The notes under the pieces were generated by a model. The model was not told the DNA's origin. It searched no databases and worked only from the letters and a program-made list of their open reading frames with translations. Made by a program: the position numbers and the translations under genes. 64,000 nt of DNA from Mobula hypostoma (taxonomy: Eukaryota): positions 84,136,001-84,200,000 of the forward strand of contig NC_086097.1 of NCBI RefSeq assembly GCF_963921235.1, written 5' to 3'. Shown piece after piece: positions 35,855-48,560 of this stretch. Numbering within the stretch: position 1 is the stretch's first letter; each line of letters opens with the position of its first letter.

Positions 35855-38790
35855 CTGAGGGCAATAGGTAGAGAATTCTGAGGCAGAAGAAGACATGCCA
35901 AGATGGAGTGCTGCCTCTTGGATGCCAGGTCAAGGACGTCTCCAAGAGGCTGCTGAAAATCCTTAAGGGGGAGTGTCAACAGCCAGAGATTGTTGTACAA
36001 AGAACATAGGTAGAATGAGGGATGAGGTCCTGCGGAACAAGTACAAAGAGTTAGAAATGAAGTTAAGAAGAAGTCTTCCAGGGCAGGAATCTCCAGATTA
36101 CAGCCAGTGCCACATGTCAGGAGGATCAGAAATAGAAGGATATGCCAGACAAATTCATGGTTGAGGAACTGGTGCAAGGGGCAGGGATTCATGCTTTTAG
36201 ACCATTGGGAGCTTTTCTGGGGCAGTGGTGACCTGTTCAAGAGGGACAGTTTGCACTTGAACCAAAGAGGGACAATATCCTTGCCGGGAAATTTGCTAGT
36301 GCTACACAGAAAGGCTTAAACTAAAAAGGCTGGGAGATGGGACTCTGAGCAGAGACCAACGAGTGCAAGTCTAGTAATCAGGGTAGGCAGGGGCACAGTA
36401 AAGACAGGGAAATGAATTCTAGGGTAAACTGCACTTATTTCAGTGCATCTGGTTTAATGAAGTGGTAGGTGCTTGGAATGTATTGTTGGATGTGTTCAAA
36501 GTTCAAAGTACATATATGTACATATACATACGTCTGTAGATCCCTGAGATTAATTTTCCTGAGGGCATACTCAGCAAATCCATATAATAGTAACTATAAC
36601 AGTATCAATGAAAGATCAAGTAGAGTGCAGAAGACAACAAATCACAAATATAAATAAATAGTAATAAATATCAAGAACGTGAAACAACAAGATAAAGAGT
36701 CCTTGAAGTGAGATTATTGATTGTAGGTCCATCTTAATGGATGGGCAAGTGAGTGTAGTTATCCTCTTTTGCTCAAAAGCCTGATGGTTGAGGGGTAATA
36801 ACTGTTCTTGAACCTGATGGTGTGAGTCTTGAGGCTCTTGTACCTTCAACCTGATGGCAGCGGTGAGCAAAGAGCACGGCCTGGGTAGTGGAAATCTCTG
36901 ATGATGGATGCTGCTTTCCTACAACAGCTTTTCATGTAGATCAATGCAATCAATACAGTTGTAGTGGAAGCTGGTACAATGAGGACATTTAAGAGACTCA
37001 TAGATAGGCATCTGGATGTATGAAAAATGGAGGGACAGGGGCTGTGTAGGAGGGAATGGTTAATTGATCATAGAGCAAGATTATATAGGTCAGCACAAAG
37101 TCATGGGTCTAAGGGCCTGTACTGTGTGAAACTATCCTGTGTTCTATGTTGTTATGTATTAGTGTGAGATTTTAATTTCCCCTGTATTGACCAGGCCACT
37201 CAGGGTTTTAAGAGAGTGGTTGGTGTGGAATTTGCGAAATGTATTCAGGAGTTTCCTGAGTCAATATATAAGAAGGCCCTTTATGGGAAGGTGCAACACT
37301 GGACCTCCTCTTGGAGGAGCAAGGCAGGGCCAGAAACTCAAGTGGAAATTAAAGAGTACTTTGGCTCCAGCGACCATAATTCTATCATTTTTAAGACACT
37401 GATAATTAAGGATAGGACAAATCGACAGATTAGAGTCCTAAACTGGAGCTGGGCTAATTTTGGATGAAATAGGCAGGATCTAGCAGAGGTCAATTGGATG
37501 AGTGAAGAAGGGAACAAATGGCAAGTGGGAGGCTTTTAAGAGTTTTGTATCAACAGTCCAGAGGCAGCTTGTTCCTGTCAGGGAGAAGGGTAAACCTGGC
37601 AATTTTAGAAAACCTTGGCTGGCAAGAGATGTTGAGGTAGAAAGCACACAATAGGTTCAGGAGGTCAGGGGTAAGTGAATCCCTTGTTGACCATGAAGTC
37701 ATTAAGTTTACCCTTAAGAGGAAAATTAGGGTAAAGTAAGGGTATGAGATGATTGGTTAAGAAAAATCCAAAGAAGTAATATAGCTATATCAAGCTTAAA
37801 AGAGGTTATACAGCTATAGAAGGCTGGGGAGGGAGTGCGTCCCCTTGGAGATCAGCAGGGCAATCTGTAGCTTGAGCTGCAGGAGATGGATGGGATCTTT
37901 AACAAATACTTTTCCCAGTTTCTACTGAAGAGAAAATCACGGATGCTCAAGAGATAAGGAAACAAGTGGAGATGTTTTGTAGGACTTTCCTATGTAACCA
38001 GAGATGAGGAGATGAGGTATTTGCAGCCTTTCAGCACATAACAAGGCCTGAGTGCATCCTTGGACTTTGTTCAAGGCTAGATTGGAAATTGTGGAGGCCC
38101 TTGTGGAGAAATTTGCTTCATTGTTAGCTACTGGTGAAGTTCCTGAAGACAGGAAGGTGGCTAATGTTGTTGCGTTGTTTAAGAAGGGTAAAAAGAACAA
38201 GCCAGGGAACTACAGGCCAGTCAGCCTGACATCTGTAGTGTGGAAGTTAATGGAAGGAATTCTGAGGGACGAGATCTACCAGCATTTGGATAGCCAGAGT
38301 CTGATTAGGAGGAGTCAATGTTACTTTGTGTGTGGGATATTGTGCTTGACAAATCTTTTAAAGTTTTTCGAAGAAAGTAATCAAAAATGTAGGTGAGGGT
38401 ATAGATATTTGTATATTTGGACTTAAGCGAGGCCTTTGACAAGACTTGCATCGTGGAAGACTGATCAGGTAGGTTATTGTACATTGAAATCCAGGGAGAG
38501 CTAGTCAGATGGATTCAAAATAGGCTGAGAGGTAGGAAGCAGAGAGTGGAGGAGGATTGTTGTTTTTTGGGCATATTTATTTACGTAGAGGGAGGCCAGT
38601 AAGTGGAATGAGCTGCCAGTAAAAGTAGTTGAGTCAGGTACATTAGTGTCATTTAAGGGGCACATGGATGGGTGTGGCTTAGAGGGATAGCGAGCCAAAC
38701 ACAGGAAAAAGGGACTGGCTGGGTGGGCACCATGGCAAACATGGTGGATTCCTTGGGCCCAAGGCCCAAGGCCCTGTGTGGATGCTGTGT
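35855..38790 (+). mobile_element. Old fragmented CR1 (ORF1 esterase end and ORF2 pieces) with nested insertions
   Basis: DHWELFWGSGDLFKRDSLHLN at 36.2 kb, SSDHNSI at 37.37 kb and NYRPVSLTSVV at 38.2 kb. Confidence 0.75.
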
Positions 38791-39019
38791 TGCTCTATGA
38801 CCAAGACTCTCGTGCTTTGTGCTTCCTGGTTTGCAACTCTTTGATTTGATTGGCCACTTGGGTACTGCAGCTGCCCCAAGCAGAAACCAAGAAACTTCCA
38901 GAACAGGGGAAGTTCTTGCTGCGTGAGATGTGAGAACTTTGTGTTGATCTTTCTTTGACTGTGGTGACAAATCCTGAATGGGATTTGGGTGAATGTGTGC
39001 TTGTTGCTAGGTATGGACT

Positions 39020-39305
39020 TTATTTATTTATGTAGCAATACAGCACAGAGTAGGCTCTTCTGGCTCTTTGAGCTAGACCGCCTCAGCAACCCCTGACAAA
39101 CCCGATTAACCATAACCTAATCACGGGACAATTTACTATGACCAATTAACCTACCCGGTATGCCTTTGGAGGAAACAGGCGGACCCGGAGAAAACTCACA
39201 CATTCCATGTGGAGGAAGTACACAGACCCCTAACTCCAAACTCGCTAAACTCCAGAATGGCCCGAGCTGTAATAGTGCCGCTTTAACTGTTAGGCTACCG
39301 TGGGC
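39020..39305 (-). mobile_element. V-SINE-like SINE (related copy at 41230-41500)
   Basis: Reverse complement of the 24487 family: ACAATTTACTATGACCAATTAACCTAC and GGAAAC.GG..GACCCGGAGAAAAC. Confidence 0.7.
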
Positions 39306-39641
39306 AAAAAGCCTATTTCTCTGCCCTGTGACTCTATGACCATATAGTCTGTGATGTAGCAATGTGTAAAGCCTCCGGGATGTATCCTTTTTTTTAGCAG
39401 CACTGGGGTACAAGTAGCTGAGGGAATGGACGGTCCGTACATTTGCAGTGGTCCTGCCAATATACTCCCTCACTGAATCAGCTCAGGGTGTAAACTCAAT
39501 AAGCTGCCACTCCCCAAAGTCAAAGGTGCAGGAAAGTGCCCAGAAATGGCGTATGGAAGTAATTTGCTCGGGGGCAAGGCCGACTATTAATGCAGTCAGA
39601 AGGTCCCGAGAAAAATGTTGGCTCTCAGTCAGAGAAGACAC

Positions 39642-39655
39642 GTTCCCATGGTAAC
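39642..39655. promoter_or_regulatory. Candidate RFX X-box
   Basis: GTTCCCATGGTAAC has one mismatch to GTTRCCATGGYAAC and lies in apparently non-repetitive DNA. Motif match only. Confidence 0.3.
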
Positions 39656-42199
39656 TGAGCTCGCCTTTGAGAGCGGCAGATAACATGCAGCAGCTGGGCT
39701 GCTGACAGACTTTGATTGAGGTTCTGGTACATGCTCCAAGCGTTGGAAAGGCCGTGACTGAGAAAGGCATCAATAAATCCAAATTCTTACTTGAATGTTT
39801 TGGTGTTTGCTGGAAGTGCCCCGTGTAGTGGTCCCCGAGGGGGCAGGCATTCCGGCTGAGGAGAAAATCCACCAGAAAGTCAACAACTGAAAATCCACTA
39901 AGGTACTAATTCTGTGCCAGAGCAGGTAGCCATGATATAACTTTAATATTAGCTGTCGGCCCTACCTTCACCTATAACTACCTGGCAGGCTCAAATATAT
40001 TGAATGTCAGTTTTGGATGGGCTTCACCAACTTGTACAGACAGACCTGAGGTTAGATTACGTGAATGATAATACGATACCTGATCTTGTGGTGTCTAATC
40101 ATGTGCTACTCAGTCACATGTCTTTTATGTATTTCAGGGGTCACCAGCAATGAAGAACATTTTTATGATCCATCCGAATCACACATGCCTCAAGAAAGTA
40201 GTTAAAAATCAGCCACATTGGTTGTTCTCGAGCAACACGTAGATTGGGCGAGGTAACATATGTGGTTTTCAGACAATAGAAAACTAGATGAACAATTGTG
40301 TAAATGTTATTAACACAGTGTTAATTTAGTTGTTCAGATTTAAATACTTTGGCTAACATGGTGGGATTCAAACTGATGTTTTTAATGCTTTGAGTCTAAA
40401 ATCTGACTACTCGTCAAATAAAGTATACCACCATATCCACTGTGTTCACTGTGGCTGCATCAGCACCTGATGTCCAAGAGGTTTCCAGAACCACAAGGCA
40501 AAATGAGGAAACTGAAGAATAGGGTGTAACAAAGACAGAGGACTGATTTTCAGAACTCAGTGTGATTTTGAAACCAACAATGACTAATGGAAGATCACTG
40601 AAATTCCACTAATACTGTTGCTATTAAGATTATGATGGTCAAGTCAAGTTCATTGTCATGTGCACAAGTATGGTGAGATGCAGATACAATGAAAATCTTG
40701 CTTGTGGTAGCATCACAGGCATGTAGGTTTGGTCAACATATAAAGCATAAATTATACACAAGTTATTCCAGACAGTGAGGGAGAAAGAGAAAGGGCTGTG
40801 CAAAACAGATACAATCAGAGACAGGTCCATAGTAGTACAGGAGATGGTCTGCAGTGTTCCATTGCTGAGATAGGGTTAGTTTTATGCTGCTCGGTTCAAG
40901 AAATTGGTGGTTGTTGGAAACTACCTGTTTCTGAACCTAGTGGTTGGGCTTTCAGGCTTCTGTGTGTACTGCCTGATGGTAGCAGCGAGAAGAGGGCAAG
41001 AATTGGATGGTGAGGATCCTTGATAATAGATGCCACCCTCCCTGGTGGGGAGGGCTGTCTCCATGATCGACTGGGCTGTGTTCACTACTCTCTGGAGCCT
41101 CGGTGTGTTGGACTTGCCTTACCAGGCCATCACGTGACCAGTCAGGTAACTCTCCATGACTCCTTGTATCCATCATTAAAACAATGATTTACTGGTAAAA
41201 TACCTGAAACATCTGTTATACTCCATTCTTTTAGAGACACAACATGGAACAGACCCTTCTGGCTCACTCAACCGCACTGCCCAGCAGCCCACCTCTTTAA
41301 CCTGAGTCTAATCACAAGGCAACTTAATTAACCTACTAACCTGTACATCTTTGGAATGTGGGAAGAACACTAGAGCACCAGGGGAAAACCCATGTGTACA
41401 CAGGAAGAACTTACAAAATTTCTTACAAAGGAAACTGGATTTGAACTCTGAACTCCAATGCCCTGAGCTGTAAAAGCGCCATGCTAATGGCTACACTTTT
41501 GAGGTACTCTAGACCAGTAACCAGCAGCAACACATGCAACAGTCCGTGAAGGGTGCAGAGAAGTTTCTGGTTTCTGGAGCCTGGGGGTTACAAGTATTAC
41601 CCTCAATAATAATGGTCAGTTGGGCACAGAGAGGATTTGTATTTACTGACAAGTACCACTATTAGCTCAGTTCACAAGCATGTGAATTTACACAACTGGA
41701 TAGTGGTGTGTACTCCCACTAGGCTTCCAGACAAAGTAGAAGAAAGGGAATACTCAGGAAAAAGAGTCTATGCTGGCCAGGCATTCCTTGTTGCCCGATC
41801 TGATCTCCATGTGCCCGACATGGGGTCCTCCACATCCATGCTGGTTGGTTTTGGGTCAGTTGTTGCTGCCTGTGCTCCCAAAATCCTCATTCTTATTATT
41901 TTCCTTATCTGATCAATCTATGATGTTTCCATTTCATTGGCTTAAGGTCATCTGACTGACCTGTGTCAGCTTCTCTTTGAAGGTGGCCCAAGGCTACAAG
42001 CAGTTTTGCTTTATGGCTCTCCCTTTAGACTTGTGATCTAGGTAATATATTTTGTTCTGTCCAGCATAGACTGGTTCAAACCAGGTCAGCCAAGGACTGA
42101 GCCCACACAACCAGAACACAGGATACTTCTCCTGCAGACCTGCCATTTTACATGATAAACAACTTCTTATCTGAGAATGTCTCAGGTTTAGCAGATCAT

Positions 42200-44215
42200 T
42201 AGTGGAAACATTAGCAGAATAGGACCAATCAAGTGTGACAGTGGGAAAGTGTGTATAGAACTGGAAGAAATAGCGGAAGTATTTAATGAATACTTTGCTT
42301 CGGTATTCACTATGGAAAAGGATCTTGGCGATTATAGGGATGACTTGCAGTGGACTGAAAAGTTTGAGAATGTAGATATTAAGGAAGAGGATGTGCTGGA
42401 GCTTTTAGAAAGCATCAAGTTGGATAAGTCACCGGGACCGGACGGGATGAACCCCAGGCTACAGTGGGAAGTGAGGGAGGAGATTGCTGAGCCTCCGGCA
42501 ATGATCTTTGCATCATTGAGAGGTTCCGAAGGGTTGGAGGGTTGTGGAAGTTGTTCTCTTATTCAAGAAAGGGAGTAGAGGTAGCCCAGGAAATTATAGG
42601 CCAGTGAGTCTTCAGTGGTTGGTAAATTGATGGAGAAGATCCTGAGAGGCAGGATTTATGAACATTTGGAGAGGCATAATATGATTAGGGATAGTCAGCA
42701 TGGCTTTGTCAAAGGCAGGTTGTGCCTTACAAGCTTGATTGAATTTTTTGAGGATGTGACTAAACACATTGATGAAGGTAGAGCCGTAGATGTAGTGTAT
42801 ATGCATTTTAGTAAGGCATTTGATAAGGTACCCTATGCAAGGCTTATTGAGAAAGTAAGGAGGCATGGGATCAAAGGGGACATTGCTTAGTGGATCCAGA
42901 ACTGGCTTGCCACAGACAGCAAAGAATAGCTGTAGATGGGCCATATTCTGCATGGAGGTCAGTGACCAATGGTGTGCCTCAGGGATCCGTTCTGGGACCC
43001 CTATTCTTTGTGATTTTTATAAATGACCTGGATGAGGAAGTGGAGGGATGGGTTAGTAAATTTGCAGATGACACAAAGGTTGGAGGTGTTGTGGATAGTA
43101 TAGAGGGCTGTCAGAGGTTACAACGGGACATTGATAGGATGTAAAACTGGGCTGAGAAGTGACAGATGGAGTTCAACCCAGATGAAGCACCTTCAATAAC
43201 TCCAAAAGACTGAGGTTTGGTAAAATACTGAAAGGCTTTTATTTGCTGTACAATACGACCTCCACGACCTCCACAGTGAGTGTCTTCCCCTGGACTGAGG
43301 GGGAGGGGCAAGGCGAAACACCTTCATACAGGACTCTGTGGGAGGAGCCACAGGGGCAGTCAGCAGAGGGGCGTGTCCAGACAGTTAACCCAGTCACAAC
43401 ATAAAAATATGGTTTACCACACCAGATAAGTGTGAGGTGGTTCATTCTGAAGGGTCAAATATGATGGCAGAATATAGATTTAACGGCAAGACTTTTGGCA
43501 ATGTGGAGGATCAGAGGGGTCTTGGGGTCCAAGTCCATAGGACACTCAAAGCTGCTACACAGGTTGACTCTGTGGTTAAGAAGGCATATGGTGCATTGGC
43601 CTTTATCAATCATGGGATTGAATTTAAGAGCTAAGAGGTAATATTGCAGCAATATAGGACCCTGGTCAAACCCCACTTGGAGTACTGTGCTCTATTCTGG
43701 TCGCCTCACTACAGGAAGGATGTGGAAACCATAGAAAGGGTGCAGAGGAGATTTACAAGGATGTTGCCTGGATTGGGGAGCATGCCTTATGAGAATAGGT
43801 TGAGTGAACTCGGCCTTTTCTCCTTGGAGCGACGGAGGATGAGAGGTGACCTGATAGAGGTGTACAAGATAATGAAAGGCATTGATCGTGTGGATAGTCA
43901 AAGGCTTTTCCCCAGGGCTGAAATGGCTAGCACGAGAGGGCATAGTTTTAAGGTGCTTGGAAGTAGGTACAGAGGAGATGTCAGGGGTTAGTTTTTTTAC
44001 GCAGAATGGTGAGTGTGTGGAATGGGCTGCCAGCGGTGGTGGTGGAGTTGGAAACAATAGGATCTTTTAAGAGACTCCTGGATGGCTACACGGAGCTTAG
44101 AAAAATAGAGGGATATGGGTAAAGTCTTGGTAGTTCTATGGCAGGACATGTTTGGCACAGGTTTGTGGGCCGAAGGGCCTTTATTGTGCTGTATGTTTTC
44201 TATGTTTCTATGTTT
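42200..44215 (+). mobile_element. 5'-truncated CR1 LINE, decayed, interrupted by a solo LTR
   Basis: Reads KSPGPDG, FSKAFDKV, GVPQGSVLGP, KFADDTKV and RGDLIEVYK, with a TTTCTATG tail. Confidence 0.92.
43183..43421 (-). mobile_element. Solo LTR inserted in CR1
   Basis: TG...CA termini and TSD CCAGA at 43178-43182 and 43422-43426. Removing it restores the CR1 MEFNPDKCEV sequence. Confidence 0.88.
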
Positions 44216-45387
44216 CTTTTAAACTCCTTGTGTCCATGTTCAACTGCTCTGATTAAGTTATCACAGAGCAAGTATCAATTCACCAAACAGTTCACAAAAT
44301 GGCAGCTACAAGGACAGTCTCACAAAATGGCCACCTCCATTCCTGTCAACACATGGCAAGAACAAAGACTTTTGGTCCTGTCTGTTTCCACAACACTTGC
44401 CTCATTCCTGTTCACTTATTTGCAGATTGTGGTTCTTTCTGACCAAAAATGGTAACAAAAGCTTGAAGGTTGGGAATTTTTAGGAAGTCTAATTTCAGCA
44501 TCTTTGGCAGCAGCCTCAGGTTCTGGGAGATGGAGAGAGGGACAGCAGAATGAGACAGTGGAGAAATGTGTGTGACCACCAGATGGAGTCAAGCTACCCT
44601 CCACTGCACAGAACTGATGACCCCAGTGGACATAGGTAGAGGTCTTAGCACTTGCTTTTGGTGAGGAATTTGGTCTCTTTCACAACTTCACCGATACAGC
44701 ACTTCTCTGGTGTAAGTGCTTGGATTCTTACTCTGTGCCATAACAGTGGATGTGGCAGCACTAATCGTTTCATCATTCTACTGGTGTCTAGTCTAACTAA
44801 TTCTTCCCCTTTTTAAATTATGAGATTCAGAAGCTTCCTTGGATTAAGTTTCCTCCAATGATGTACAGGATCTCAAGTATGAAGGACAGAATTACTTGCT
44901 CCATGATTGCGTGATATTTTGTCCTCTTTGAAGCTTGGAGACCTTAGCCTTATTTATATAAGTTTTTCTTTCCTTAACTCCCCTCTCCACTTGATTCCCT
45001 GGAAATGAAGAATTCTTTCCACTTTGGTGGTTTAATGGACTTAAACACTGTAATGGTGGATAACTTCCTAGGAAATGATTCCTGGCTTGACTGTGATTCT
45101 GGAGATCATAGAATATAAAACAGTACAGCACAGGAAAAGACCCATTGGCTCATGATGTCTGCACTGAAAACCAAACTAAATCTATTCAGCCTGTGCATCT
45201 TCCATATCCATCCATTCTCTAAATATTTCTGTCCCTATATACCAACCTCTTAAATGCCTTCATTGCATCTTCTTCCCAAGTAACTACCACTGTCTGAGTA
45301 AAACAAAAACTTGCCCTGCACATCTCCTTTAAACTTTCATCTCCTCAACTTAAATCCACATCCTGAATGTTTTTCCTTATCCTTTAA

Positions 45388-45909
45388 CAGTGTTGGCAAA
45401 CCCTTTTGAGAGCATGTGCCTACAATGGTGATAATTTGCTAAAAATTCCTTTGCATGCTATGGTAGTTTTCAGCATAAGCTAATGAATTAGTAAAAATAA
45501 TTTGCTTTTTAACATGTATTCATTGCTTAACTATTAATTAAAGTTTAATAGAGACCGACTAAAGTAAATGAAGTATTTTAGAAAACCTGTTCAAAATTTA
45601 CTATTATTAATCTTTTCAAAAGACAATTGAAAAATAACATAATTTCTAAATAGTATTGTTATTGTAACAGTTGCCATCCAAATACTAATTTTTTACACCA
45701 GTTCTGCGAGAATTTCAAAACCTACTATCCAACGTCACATGTTCTTGCACACCGTCTAGCTGACGCCAAACCAGCAAGGGATGTTTCCTGTTAAAACATC
45801 TCATTAATCCTGGGTTGTAAAAAATCTTGGGAAATACTCCGTACTACATGCTAACGAAGTTATTGCATGTGCCATCTTGGGCATGCATATCATAGGTTCA
45901 CCACCCCTG
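45388..45909. mobile_element. hAT (Charlie-like) non-autonomous element, old
   Basis: Degenerate TIRs CAGTGTTGGCAAACC and GGTTCACCACCCCTG around an AT-rich interior. TSD is unclear. Confidence 0.55.
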
Positions 45910-45950
45910 TACCTCAAACATTTTCTGGTTCCCTGCACAGTCGCTGGAAT

Positions 45951-46680
45951 ATCACCACCATTCTGATGACATATGTCTGAGGTATCACCACCATTCTAAT
46001 GGGATACGTCTGTGGTATCACCATCATTCTGATGGGATACGTCTGAGTTATAACCATAATTGTGATGAGATATGTCTGTGGTATCACCATCATACCCGAG
46101 GACATACCTGATCAAAACTTCTCCATGGACGGCTTCCAGACCATTCGGGCTGACCGGAAGTGCACTGAGAGCGCTAAGTGTAAAGGAGTTGGGGGCTTAC
46201 TGTTCTGGTTAACAATGGATGACGCAATCCTGGTCATACTATGATCGAGGAATGTGCTTGTAGACCGGATATTGAACTTTTTGCTGTTGGACTCTGGCCA
46301 TATTCCACCGAGATACAACATTGGGCATCACGGGAGGTTGTTCCTGCCTGTAGCCATCGAACTTTGTGGAGGGTCAGACATCCTGAGCCAATAGGCTGGT
46401 CCTGGACATATTTCCATCTGGCATAGTTTGCATATTATTGTTTGATTGTTTGTGGTTTTTGTAATGCTATATTTATGCTTTATTCTTGTTTGGTGCGGCT
46501 GTAATGAAACCCAATTTCCCTCGGGATCAATAAAGTATATCTATGTATCTATCTATCTATCATTCTGATAGGACATGTCTGAGTTATAACCACCGTTCTG
46601 ATGAGATATGTCTGAGGTATCATCAACATTCTGATGAGATATGTCTGAGATATCACCACCATTCTAATGGGATATGTCTA
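45951..46680. repeat. 33-bp minisatellite, about 8 units, split by a retroelement
   Basis: Unit ATCACCACCATTCTGATGAGATATGTCTGAGGT starts at 45951, 45984, 46017, 46050 and 46083, and resumes at ~46559. Confidence 0.9.
46094..46558 (+). mobile_element. Internally deleted Rex1/Babar-like element
   Basis: An endonuclease piece (IPDQNFSMDGFQTIRADR) is joined at ~46300 to a 3' end homologous to 53210-53440. (CTAT)n tail. Confidence 0.75.
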
Positions 46681-47884
46681 TAGTAACAGCTCCTCTTCAT
46701 TCTTATTTTGCCTTTCAAAATATTCTCAAGAAGATAAGCATATTAAGAACTTGCATGAAAACACTTCTGGGTGAACGTATGTTAACTGTCAATGCAGACG
46801 ATAGGATGCCTCAGTAAAATATTTGCACCAGAAGAACGTTGAGAAATAAAATGCAAGTGATACTTGGTATTAATTTTGCTGGTACCATAGGAAAGTGCTG
46901 GGTTTAATCTCATTTTTGCACTATATGATTGAATTTCATCTATTTCAGTAAGATTTAGGAACACTCATTAGCTTAGTCATTAGCATCAATCTAAGTCTGT
47001 TTACTTACTTCGAATGTTCCACAATGGATGAACATCGGCAGTAGACGTGAACACATATGTGAGGTTGAACAGCAATTGCAGTTTCAGAACAAAAATGAGT
47101 AAATCCATTATTATTCATCTTCAGGTCCGAACTGCTTGATTGGTGTGTGTGTTTTATTAAAGTTGAATTGTTTCAAAAATATTTAAATTCCTGAATTTAT
47201 CTCATAGTTTATTGTATTGCAATCAGGATTTTGTATGGTTGGTTCTGTTCACTTATTCAGACACCTAATCACCTAATCCTGCACTACAGTATGGCATTAC
47301 CGTTTTATTGAATCGTGATTTTTTAAAGCTGCTGAAATTCAGTCAAGAACAAAGCAACAGGTGTAGGCCACCGTCCCTTGAACCTGGACCAGTGGCCAAT
47401 GAGATTGCGGTTGATCTGTGACCTAACCCCGCATACCAGCCTTACCCCCACACTGCTTTGATTTTACAAAGATCCATCAATCTCTGATTTAAAATTAACA
47501 ACTGACCCAAAAGAACTTGCCATTTAAGGAAGAGAGCTCTACACATTTATCACCAACTGCATGTAGAACATTTTTTCCCAACATTTCTCCTGAAAGAATT
47601 GCCTTTGATTTATTGACTATTCCCACATTCCCCTGTCAGCCAGTGGAAAATATGTTCCCTGACCTACACTTTCAGCTTTCCTTAAAATATTTTGAAAACT
47701 TAATTAAATAATTTCCTAAATGTTATGTAATATAAATCTTTACGTGTGCATTCTCTAATTTTATTTAAACTTTGGGTCCAAGGTTTTGTTCTAGGAACTA
47801 TGCAACAAACTCCTTCCAAGTCAACTGTGTCCTTCCCATTGTCTGTTGTTCAGGACAGTTCACAGCCTCTACCTCTTTTAGTTA

Positions 47885-48560
47885 TAGAGCATAGAACAGT
47901 ACAGCAAAGGAACAGGCCCTTCAGCCTGTGGTGTTGTGCTGAACTAATTAAACTAGCAATTAAAAACTGAAGTAAACCTGTCATCGTGTCAACATAAGTC
48001 CATTTCTCTCCATTCTCTGAATATACTCATGTGCGTCTTTAAGAGCTGCTTAAATACCTCCACCATACTTGCCTCCACTACCACCCCGACAGTGAATTTC
48101 AGGCACCCACTACTCTGTGTAAAACAAACTTGCCCCTGAAATGCATGTCCTCCAGTACTGAACATTTTCATCTTCAGGTAAAAAAGTAGTTGCTGCCTAA
48201 CTAAATCCCTCAAAATGCTATAAACTTTCATCAGGTCTCTCCTCAGCCTCCAGCACTCCAGTGAGAACTACTCAAGTTTGTCCAGCATCTCCTTACAGCA
48301 TGTCCTTCTAATCCAGGCAGTGTCCTGGTAAAGCTCTTTTGAATGCTCCATGTCCTTCCTATAAAGTGGCAACCAAATCCAAATGCAACACTCCATATAC
48401 AGCCTTACCAGAGTTATAGAAAATTACGAGATAACATTCTGGCTCTTGAACTCACTACCTAATTAAGACAAGTGTAGCATGGACATTCTTTGCCCTTTCA
48501 ACTTGCGTAGCCCTTTTCAGGGACCTATAGACTTGGACTCCAAGAGCCCACTGTATATTA
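47885..48560 (-). mobile_element. CR1 3' fragment, decayed
   Basis: (CATAGAA) tail and CR1 C-terminal remnants (MKVYSILRD, FTQS). Confidence 0.7.

Noticed and set aside
45951..46680. 33-bp repeats as a CRISPR array
   Set aside because: The units are contiguous with no unique spacers, there are no cas genes, and the context is vertebrate.
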